64,000 bases of DNA from Carcharhinus longimanus (lineage: Eukaryota). Where the stretch lies: contig JASCQW010000072.1 in the NCBI GenBank assembly GCA_030264375.1, forward strand, positions 106,429,782 to 106,493,781. Direction: 5' to 3'. This document shows, piece after piece, positions 58,901-64,000 of the stretch (its first letter is position 1; each line of letters opens with the position of its first letter). The position numbers were made by a program, and so were the translations under genes. A model generated the notes under the pieces. It had not been told where the DNA came from. It did not search any database and saw only the letters and a program-made list of their open reading frames with translations.

Positions 58901-60094
58901 CCCCTGGAAGCTTTACTTTCTCCTTTGGTATTTTTGGATATTTTGAAGATATTTTACTGAGGATAGGAGTTGATTTTGGCTCATGTTGCTCTTTTGTTTC
59001 TAGTCTTGATACGCCTGCTGCCAGACAACCTCCCAGAGAGTACACCATACAACTGGAATCAGATGAAGAGCGTGAAGCCTTGATCATAGACCCCAGTGAG
59101 CATGTTGTGGTTCGGAAGGTATGTAATGCTTTCCATTTATTTTTGTGTGGATTTAGATTGCTGAAAAATATTGCTTCCCTCAGTACTTTACCCTTGCTTC
59201 CATGGTATTCTACTTCATGGGCATATATGTCCACCAGACCAGCTCATGTTTTTCTGCACCTGTTATTCAGAGACCACAAACATCCCACTTGTGCTGTGAC
59301 ACCCCATTCTAGATGGGGGAATATTTTCAGTTCTTTTGGAGTGGATACCCTTCTGCTCAACAACTGACAAATTGGTGTCATGCATTCAGTGACATGGGAA
59401 CCTTAGGTAAAAGTCTCTGCTAGTAGACAAAGGATGATCACTACACAAGAAAGCTATTTGGTCTGTCGTGCTTGTCTCACCTCTTTGGAAGAGCTATCCA
59501 ATTAGTCCCACTCCTCTCTTCTCCCATGGCCCAGCAATGTTTTGTTGTTTAATTTTTTTTAGTAAGTTGTGGGGCATGGGTGTCGCTGGCTGGCCAGCAT
59601 TTATTGCCATCCATACTTCCCTTGAGAAGGTGGTGTTGAGCTGCCTTCTTGAGCAAGTGATGCAACTGAGTGGCTTGCTAGGCCATTTCAGAGGGCAGTT
59701 GAGAGGGAATCACATTGGTTTGGCTCTGGATATATGTCCAATTCCCTCTTAAGTGTTACTATGTAATCCTGTTCCATCTTCCTTTCAGGTAGTGCATTCC
59801 CGATCAAAACAATTTGTTATTTAATAAAATCTCTTCTCCACCCTGACTTTTTTGCCAATTGCTTTAATTCTGAATTTGTTCAGATTTATTGAGGTGGATG
59901 CAAATTAACTCCAACTCTTTATTCCTCCTTCCTAGGTAAAGCGAGGAGCGCTCTCCTTCAAGAGGTGGCTGCGTGGCCGAAGTTTGTACTGCTCAAAGCT
60001 AATGAGTTCAAGGGCCAGGTCACGCTACTTAGTCTTTGCTTATTTTCTGACACTACATATTCTTGTGTTCATGTGCCTAACGGGACTTTTATAG
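4859..60094 (+). CDS. GOLGB1: Giantin-family golgin (GOLGB1 or GOLGB1-like paralog), multi-exon, 5' end not found in window
   Basis: 21 exons join in consistent phase (13,227 nt, about 4,408 aa + stop). Long coiled coil with giantin-type motifs [63 protein letters not shown], and a C-terminal TM anchor ([18 protein letters not shown]). Family recognised from memory of giantin sequence. Confidence 0.9.
5415..5715 (-). mobile_element. CR1-type LINE 3' end
   Basis: Reverse complement matches the 3' end of the LINE at 35560-35830 (gcagctcaccaccac..ctc.aggg.aa.tagggatg). Confidence 0.7.
5887..6211 (+). CDS. GOLGB1: Giantin-family exon B ([10 protein letters not shown]...RIKELE)
   Basis: tttcag| acceptor, G|gtaatt donor, 325 nt, phase 0/1, coiled-coil ORF. 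Confidence 0.9.
7460..7820 (+). mobile_element. Old CR1 LINE 3' fragment
   Basis: Reads [17 protein letters not shown], like the CR1 ORF2 C-terminal RLRGDLIEVFKIMKG. Confidence 0.55.
8743..8858 (+). CDS. GOLGB1: Giantin-family exon C ([39 protein letters not shown])
   Basis: ttttatag| acceptor, GTG|gtatgt donor, 116 nt, phase 1/0. Confidence 0.9.
9553..9670 (+). CDS. GOLGB1: Giantin-family exon D ([39 protein letters not shown])
   Basis: cacttag| acceptor, G|gtatgt donor, 118 nt, phase 0/1. Confidence 0.88.
9748..9839 (+). CDS. GOLGB1: Giantin-family exon E ([31 protein letters not shown])
   Basis: ctttcag| acceptor after a 77-nt intron, CAG|gttggc donor, 92 nt, phase 1/0. Confidence 0.88.
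12600..13211 (+). mobile_element. Possible LTR fragment
   Basis: ATTAAA near 13089 and terminal ...cataaca; left boundary uncertain. Confidence 0.3.
13879..14023 (+). CDS. GOLGB1: Giantin-family exon F ([21 protein letters not shown]...MTQIEEERE)
   Basis: cctgtag| acceptor, G|gtaaat donor, 145 nt, phase 0/1. Confidence 0.88.
14631..14726. repeat. Two-copy direct repeat, period about 54 nt
   Basis: agaggtgcattgcagtacc(t/a)gcta...agatac(a/t)gc(c/t)tataa at 14631 and 14685. Confidence 0.8.
16306..16662 (-). mobile_element. V-SINE with a templated insertion in its tail
   Basis: Head, V-domain and aaagtttatttatt tail shared with copies at 26925, 52853, 62790 and 63227; 16339-16434 is copied from 15708-15801. 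Confidence 0.85.
17870..19280 (-). mobile_element. Penelope-like element (family 2): tandem terminal repeats plus GIY-YIG ORF remnant
   Basis: Three copies of the aaatgctggaaa...cagcaggtctggcagcatc terminal repeat; minus strand encodes VACHFNS and CCSQC. Confidence 0.7.
20198..20304 (+). CDS. GOLGB1: Giantin-family exon G ([36 protein letters not shown])
   Basis: gatccag| acceptor, GGG|gtatgt donor, 107 nt, phase 1/0 matches both neighbours. Confidence 0.8.
20618..20721. mobile_element. Short MITE-like element
   Basis: Shares ttcactgcag...gaga(t/a)tcct...gaa(ta)ttccagcc with 26788-26920. Confidence 0.5.
20910..21358. mobile_element. Fold-back Penelope-like element (family 1) with two [14 protein letters not shown] motifs
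   Basis: Inverted arms of about 184 nt (20977-21160 and 21173-21358), 12-nt loop; cacctgat(g/c)aaggagcag(t/c)gctccaaaagct motif in each arm. Confidence 0.8.
21555..21678 (+). CDS. GOLGB1: Giantin-family exon H ([41 protein letters not shown]); alternative donor at 21645
   Basis: ttttcag| acceptor; two phase-1 donors, G|gtttgt (21645) and G|gtgtga (21678). Confidence 0.78.
22250..22322 (-). mobile_element. V-SINE tail-only fragment
   Basis: taaagtttatttattagtgtcacaagtaggcttacattaacactgcaatgaagttactgtgaaaatccctag. Confidence 0.75.
22382..22590. mobile_element. Miniature fold-back Penelope-like element (family 2)
   Basis: Inverted arms of about 60 nt (22418-22478 and 22529-22589); loop holds the degenerate hammerhead tagatgaagggtcatccagatgcaaaacgtt. 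Confidence 0.75.
22910..22971. repeat. Compound (CA)n/(TA)n/(CGCA)n microsatellite
   Basis: Direct inspection. Confidence 0.85.
23417..23736 (+). mobile_element. CR1 (HER1-like) LINE 3' end
   Basis: Translates [16 protein letters not shown]...[14 protein letters not shown]; tail ggtctgtttccatgctgta. Confidence 0.85.
24379..25037. mobile_element. Possible non-autonomous DNA transposon with short TIRs; contains (GA)n at 24600-24630
   Basis: gacggattttgct at 24381 and agcaaaatccggc at 25023 are near-inverted. Confidence 0.4.
25165..25295 (+). CDS. GOLGB1: Giantin-family exon I ([44 protein letters not shown])
   Basis: tatacag| acceptor, CAG|gtaagg donor, 131 nt, phase 1/0. Confidence 0.88.
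25900..25947 (+). CDS. GOLGB1: Candidate 48-nt cassette exon ([16 protein letters not shown])
   Basis: ctaatacag| acceptor, CAG|gtgtgt donor, symmetric phase 0/0, open frame, more GC-rich than surrounding intron. Confidence 0.6.
26788..26920. mobile_element. Short MITE-like element
   Basis: Similar to 20618-20721; roughly inverted ends gggattctctgatct / agatcagaatattcc. Confidence 0.5.
26925..27216 (-). mobile_element. V-SINE
   Basis: Full head (ggaatcgaaccc, reverse of a B box), V-domain and tail. Confidence 0.85.
28305..28715 (-). mobile_element. CR1 LINE 3' end
   Basis: cataagaacataagaaatagaagcaggagta...gagaattccagagatt, as at 50455-51050. Confidence 0.75.
29289..29348. repeat. Tandem duplication of about 29 nt
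   Basis: gacctgt(g/a)tcc(c)tgta(t/c)gtgaactcctca, two copies. Confidence 0.8.
30024..30133 (+). CDS. GOLGB1: Giantin-family exon J ([36 protein letters not shown])
   Basis: cctgttgcag| acceptor, GG|gtaaga donor, 110 nt, phase 0/2. Confidence 0.88.
30640..30850 (+). mobile_element. Degraded V-SINE
   Basis: tgtggaatttgcacattctccccgtgtct...tccaaagatgtg. Confidence 0.7.
30879..31047 (+). CDS. GOLGB1: Giantin-family exon K ([18 protein letters not shown]...KLLHTEEN)
   Basis: aacatag| acceptor, AAT|gtaagt donor, 169 nt, phase 2/0. Confidence 0.88.
31824..31928 (+). CDS. GOLGB1: Giantin-family exon L ([35 protein letters not shown]), GC donor
   Basis: ctctctctactag| acceptor, AAG|gcatgt donor, 105 nt, phase 0/0; no plausible phase-0 GT donor between the exon end and the in-frame stop. 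Confidence 0.75.
32465..35830 (+). mobile_element. Degenerate CR1-type LINE (endonuclease, RT, 3' end) interrupted by nested insertions
   Basis: Remnants [10 protein letters not shown] (EN), [55 protein letters not shown] (RT); many frameshifts. Confidence 0.8.
32746..33630 (-). mobile_element. LTR-like insertion inside the LINE endonuclease region
   Basis: Minus strand has CCAAT and AATAAA and ends ...ccccttaca; it splits contiguous LINE EN coding sequence; no target-site duplication found. Confidence 0.5.
36190..46605 (+). CDS. GOLGB1: Giantin-family giant exon M (10,416 nt, 3,472 codons of coiled coil)
   Basis: Uninterrupted ORF apart from a 10-N gap at 37852-37861; gatattcag|GTG acceptor, GAG|gtagaa donor, phase 0/0. 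Confidence 0.9.
46979..47148 (+). CDS. GOLGB1: Giantin-family exon N ([31 protein letters not shown]...NELAEL)
   Basis: ttccgttacag| acceptor, AG|gtttgt donor, 170 nt, phase 0/2. Confidence 0.82.
47225..47720 (-). mobile_element. DeuSINE (SacSINE1-like) remnant with inserted CR1 tail
   Basis: cctgctctctttagatagtgccattggatc (reverse Deu domain); CR1-like tail at about 47305-47450. Confidence 0.55.
49106..49265 (+). CDS. GOLGB1: Giantin-family exon O ([17 protein letters not shown]...NSAHQVK); tandem donor at 49259
   Basis: ttcttttag| acceptor, donors CAG|gtaaag and AAG|gtaagc, phase 2/0. Confidence 0.85.
50455..51050 (-). mobile_element. CR1 LINE 3' fragment
   Basis: Tail and body similar to 28305-28715. 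Confidence 0.75.
51052..52495 (-). mobile_element. CR1 LINE RT plus 3' end fragment
   Basis: Minus [28 protein letters not shown]...[11 protein letters not shown]; tail tagagtcatacagtacagaagaggccctttggccc. Confidence 0.85.
52599..52751 (+). CDS. GOLGB1: Giantin-family exon P ([21 protein letters not shown]...[18 protein letters not shown])
   Basis: tgttttag| acceptor, AAG|gtaatt donor, 153 nt, phase 0/0. Confidence 0.88.
52853..53138 (+). mobile_element. V-SINE
   Basis: gggcagcacggtggcacagtggttagcactgctg head, V-domain, aataaataaacttt tail. Confidence 0.88.
53167..53331 (+). CDS. GOLGB1: Giantin-family exon Q ([36 protein letters not shown]...NEDQ)
   Basis: acacag| acceptor, CAA|gtaggt donor, 165 nt, phase 0/0. 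Confidence 0.87.
53345..54515 (+). mobile_element. Penelope-like element (family 2) with inverted terminal repeat, GIY-YIG remnant and nested terminal fragment
   Basis: Remnants [27 protein letters not shown] and PSGLNIEF; terminal repeats in opposite orientation at about 53350 and 54400-54510. Confidence 0.8.
54771..55251. mobile_element. Penelope-like element (family 1), inverted termini with GIY-YIG C-terminal remnant
   Basis: Left part matches 20910-21165; middle reads [22 protein letters not shown]; right end is the inverted terminal repeat. Confidence 0.8.
55735..55832 (+). CDS. GOLGB1: Giantin-family exon R ([32 protein letters not shown])
   Basis: gctatag| acceptor, AG|gtgagt donor, 98 nt, phase 0/2; VPPGAPQE giantin motif. 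Confidence 0.9.
56083..56492. mobile_element. V-SINE fragments in both orientations around an N gap, with a short CR1 piece
   Basis: Plus-strand V-domain 56083-56170, tail 56330-56396, minus-strand head 56400-56492. Confidence 0.65.
57605..58020 (+). mobile_element. DeuSINE (SacSINE1-like)
   Basis: tttggatgagacacgaaactgaggcaccatctgcc...taaaagaccccatg, Deu-domain-like. Confidence 0.6.
58062..58196 (+). CDS. GOLGB1: Giantin-family exon S ([45 protein letters not shown])
   Basis: gacctag| acceptor, CG|gttagt donor, 135 nt, phase 2/2. Confidence 0.88.
59004..59118 (+). CDS. GOLGB1: Giantin-family exon T ([39 protein letters not shown])
   Basis: tttgtttctag| acceptor, AAG|gtatgt donor, 115 nt, phase 2/0. 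Confidence 0.9.
59560..59730 (-). mobile_element. CR1-type LINE 3' end
   Basis: ggccagcatttattgcc...cccttgagaaggtggtgttgagctgccttcttg, same family as 5415-5715. Confidence 0.65.
59936..60094 (+). CDS. GOLGB1: Terminal coding exon with tail-anchor TM ([52 protein letters not shown])
   Basis: ctccttcctag| acceptor, TAG stop at 60092-60094; basic juxtamembrane stretch then hydrophobic C-terminus with the Y and H typical of giantin/golgin-84/CASP TMDs. Confidence 0.92.
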   Translation, partial: VKRGALSFKRWLRGRSLYCSKLMSSRARSRYLVFAYFLTLHILVFMCLTGLL

Positions 60095-60333
60095 GTGCAC
60101 CAAAAAAGACTTTGCTGAACGGTATGTACGTAGTTATGGTGGGGCATTGAGGTAGGTGTGGTTTAACCTATCCACTGTTGGTACAGGACAGGGTAGGGTG
60201 AAATCTTGGTTTTGTACTCTCACTATCGAAGTCAGTGGATGGGCAAGAGGCAAAACAATCAATCAACCTGCACCATTTTCCCAAACTCTGGATTAGATAA
60301 AAATTACCCCCTGTTGTATTGGTGAAAGCTGCT

Positions 60334-61176
60334 AATAAATTGAGCACTGATTACAGTTATGTAAATTTTTTTAATGTTAAAAGTATTGTATGAAGTGGTA
60401 TTGTCAAGATATGTTTATAACTGCTGGTGAGATTGTGAACTTGGTTTAAAACTGTAACTGTTTGCCTGCAATTGAATTCCAAAGTTACTCTGCTACAGAT
60501 GATTATATAATAGTTGCATTATGTAAAATTGTGTATATTTTCTGATGTGGAAAGCAATATTATTTAACTCTACCACCCAAGAGGTGGAACATCTGGGAAA
60601 GGCTGAAAGATTATTTTTGTGCTTGGAAATGTATTTGTAAATTGAAATGGTACAGGTAGTTGAAGAGAAACACTGATATTGTTTGATAATTTAAAATGCA
60701 GTGTTGCTTTCATCTTGATTATGACAAGATGTTTGTAACCAGGGTGCAATGTAGAAAAACACAGGTTTTGAAAATATTACATCAGCTAATTTCTTGTTTA
60801 AGGAAAAGTTCTTATTAAAAGTTGAAATGCATCACGTACTTGTTGACTGTTTCATAGCACAAACTTTAGCTTGAGACAGAGAGCAAAGAAAATTACAGCA
60901 CAGGAACAGGCCCTTCGGCCTCTAAGCCTGCACCGACCATGCTGCTGGACTGAACCAAAGCCCCTATCCTTCCAGGGACCATATCCCTCCATTCCAATCC
61001 TATTCATCCAGATGCCCCTTAAAAGTTGCTCCTCGTTCCAACTAGTTGTGTACAAAAGCACCGTGGACTGGATTTTAATTGCAGTTATACCAATGGCACC
61101 TCTGAAGCTTAATTGCGAGAAAAATTATAGGCCTATATTGCCTTCATTTTTATATTTTTTACTGTCTTGAAATAAA
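60334..61176 (+). terminator. Candidate polyadenylation signals of the giantin-family gene
   Basis: AATAAA at 60334, ATTAAA at 60814, AATAAA at 61171 in an AT-rich 3' region; which is used cannot be told from sequence. Confidence 0.45.
60880..61010 (-). mobile_element. CR1 tail fragment in the putative 3' UTR
   Basis: aaattacagcacaggaacaggcccttcggcc...ccatatccctccattcc. Confidence 0.7.
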
Positions 61177-61587
61177 AATGTTTTCTCCAAAGTGGTATCC
61201 ATTTTAATTTGAGAATATTTTGTTGAATGCCTTGAGTTTTGGCATCAGACTTTGCCCATATTTTTTCTGGAGTCTGGAGACCAATTATGTTTAGCTGGTA
61301 CAATGTAGAATTCAGAATAAAAGTTCCGCCAGTCCTTCAAACCTTTTGATCATTGATTTAGATCAGGGCTGATGTGTACCTCAACCTCATTTACCTGCCC
61401 TTAACCCATATACGTTGCCCCACCCACACCTGACAAGAATTTATCTCAGCTTTGAAAATGAAACTTTTGAGCGGAAGGTTTCCATTAGCTTTAATATAGA
61501 AAAAGGTATTTTTTCAGTCCTTAATGGTGTGGTTCAAATTTTAAGGTACCCTTCTTGTTTTGAATTCTTCCAGCAGTGCCAGTGGTT

Positions 61588-61931
61588 TAGAATCATAGGT
61601 TCGCTACAGTGCAGGAGGCTATTTGGCTCATCGTGTCTGCACTGACTCGCCAACAGAGCATCCTACCCAGGCCCTATCCCCATGACCCCATATATTTCCC
61701 ACTAATCCCCCTTTTCCACATGTCTTGGTGCACTAAGAGGCAACTTATCATGGCCACCCCACCTAAACCTACACATCTTTGGACTGTGGGAGGAAACAGG
61801 AGCACCCGGAGGAAACCTACACAGACACAGGAAGAATGTGCAAACTCCACTCAGTCACCCAAGGCTGGAGTTGAACCCAGGTCCCCGACACTTTGAGGCA
61901 GCGGTGCTAACCACTGTGCCATTGTGCTGCC
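61588..61931 (-). mobile_element. HE1-type V-SINE
   Basis: Head, V-domain and tagaatcatag tail, as at 975-1287. Confidence 0.85.
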
Positions 61932-62026
61932 TGTTGCTGTATATCTATCCTATAGAGGCACTTTACTCATTTTCTAAACACAAGGTTTTTAACCATGTTT
62001 AGAAAATCTGTGTTCATAATTGAAGT

Positions 62027-62295
62027 ACAGTAAGAAGTCTCACAACACCAGGTTAGAGTCCAACCAGTTTATTTGATAGTAATCCCACAGCTTTCGGAGA
62101 TGGTGTTCCTTCATCAGGTGTGTGGAAGGTTCTGATCAGAGAAGGGCATATAGTCACACATAGTTTACAGAATACTGATTAGAATGCAAGTCTTTACAGC
62201 TAACCTGCTATTCAAGTCTTAAAGATGCTTTAAGATAAAGATGCTTTAAAGATAAAATGCCTTTGGTTGGATTTAACCTGGTGTTGTGAGTCTTC
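62027..62295. mobile_element. Penelope-like element remnant (family 1) with inverted termini
   Basis: aagtctcacaacaccaggttagagtccaac ... gttggatttaacctggtgttgtgagtctt; [14 protein letters not shown] motif at 62086-62120 on the minus strand. Confidence 0.7.
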
Positions 62296-62789
62296 CTCAG
62301 AAAGAGCAGCAGAGGGAGCTTTATTCCCCATCGAGCTGTGTGCCTGTCTCTCTGAGAGTGCTTGGTACGGACGCCGTTTTCTAAATTGGAATGAGTAACA
62401 CTGGGGAAAGATGGAGTCTAACTGAGGGTAAATACTGGTTTCAGATTCAGCACTGGCTTTTCAGGCAGTTTTAAAAACTAAAGACTTGCATTTATGTAGC
62501 GCCCTTTATTATCAGCATTTTTTAAAAGTGTTTCGCAACCCAAGTGTGGTGGGCTTGGTTGAGCTGTTCTGTTACTCTGCTGCAGCCATCACCTGTCTTC
62601 TTGTGTGCTTGGCAGATATGAGCCAAAATATTAAAGCTCACTGTCCTGTGGTGTCAGGGCGCTATGTAACTACATCTTGATACAGGCCAATAGAGGCTCA
62701 CTGGTAGCAGTTACCTGGTTAAGGTAACTCTTTTCACTGTGGAGAATCTCTGCTGGACTACTGCAATCATCACTCTTTGTGTGACTATT

Positions 62790-63065
62790 TAAAGTTTATT
62801 TATTAGTCAAAAGTAAGCTTACATTATCACTGCAATGAAGTTACTGTGAAAATCCTCTAGTCGCCACACTCCTGTCTGCCTGTTCAGGTACACTGAGGGA
62901 GAATTTAGCATGACCAGTGCACCTAACCAGCATGTCATTTGGACTGTGGGAGGAAACTGGAGCACCCGGAGGAAACCCACACAGACAGAGGGAGAAGGTG
63001 CAAACTCTGCACAGTGACCCAAGCAGGGAATCGAACCTGGGCTGTGAGGCAGCAGTGCTAACTGT
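62790..63065 (-). mobile_element. V-SINE
   Basis: Head, V-domain and tail. Confidence 0.85.
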
Positions 63066-63226
63066 CTTAAGATTGGAAAATGACAGAGTGGAGGAAGAGG
63101 CCATTGAACCCATGGTGTTAGTGTTGTCCCTTTGAAAGAGCAGTCATGCTTAGTCCCGCTCCCCCTGCTACTCCCTAGAGCCCTGCACATTCTTCCCCTC
63201 CATCCAATTCCCTTTTGGAAGTCACA

Positions 63227-63531
63227 GGCTGCACGTTGGCACAATGGTTTGCACTGCTGTCTCACAGCGCCAAGGACCCGGGTTCGATTCCTGGCTTGGG
63301 TCACAGTCTGTGCGGAGTCCACATGTTCTCCCCATGTCTGCGTGGGTTTCCTCTGGGTGCTCCAGTTTCCTCCACAGTCTGGAGGATGTGCTGGTTAGGT
63401 GCATTGACCATATTAAATTCTTCTCAGTGTACCCAAACAGGCACGGAGTGTGGCCTCTAGGGGATTTTCACAGTAACTTCATTGCAGTGTTGATGTAAGC
63501 CTACTTGTGTCTTTAATAAAAATTAAACTTT
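63227..63531 (+). mobile_element. V-SINE
   Basis: Head with B box ggttcgattcc, V-domain and tail. Confidence 0.85.
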
Positions 63532-64000
63532 AGATGGAACCTGCCCAAGCAGGCAGCATTAACCAGTTGTTGTGAAAAAAGAATTCTCCTCCCATCTATC
63601 CTCTTTGCCAATCACCTTCAATCTCTGTCTCTCTCAGCTGCAGGCACAGTTTATCCTTACTTACTCTGTCAAAACCCACCAGGATTTTGAACACCTCGAT
63701 CTAATCTCCTTTTACCCCTCTCTGCTCGAAGGAGAAAAATCCCAGCTCCTCCAATCTCTTCATGTAATTAAAGCCCCTGATCCCTGGGAATATTCCCGTA
63801 CATCCACTCTGTACTCACTCAGAGGTCTTATGATGCTATCTGTGGGAAATCTTTTATGAGTTACAGTATTGTCCAAAACTGTGGTTTTGGCTTTTTATTA
63901 TTAGTCAGAAGTAGGTTTGCATTAACACTGCGATGAAGAGAATGTGCAAACACCGCACAAACAGTACCCAAGATAATTGGTAATTGGTAATCTCCAATTG

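Overview
Eukaryotic, repeat-rich draft genomic DNA, most likely from a cartilaginous fish (shark-type HE1/V-SINEs, DeuSINEs, CR1 LINEs and Penelope-like elements). One + strand gene spans most of the window. It encodes a giantin-family (GOLGB1 or GOLGB1-like) tail-anchored Golgi coiled-coil protein. I reconstructed 21 phase-consistent coding exons (4859-60094, about 4,408 aa); the N-terminal exons appear to lie upstream of the window. The gene includes a 10,416-nt internal exon, a probable GC-AG intron and a C-terminal transmembrane anchor. A non-coiled hinge carries several apparent in-frame splice options: a 48-nt cassette exon, a 33-nt donor extension and an apparently decayed 45-nt acceptor extension. 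The giant exon holds a 49-aa tandem repeat whose period predicts the true size of an internal assembly gap. Introns contain fold-back Penelope-like elements with decayed minimal hammerhead ribozyme motifs, a microhomology-templated insertion and nested transposons. No prokaryotic features, rRNA, tRNA or CRISPR arrays are supported. Comparisons to other species are from memory and need database confirmation.
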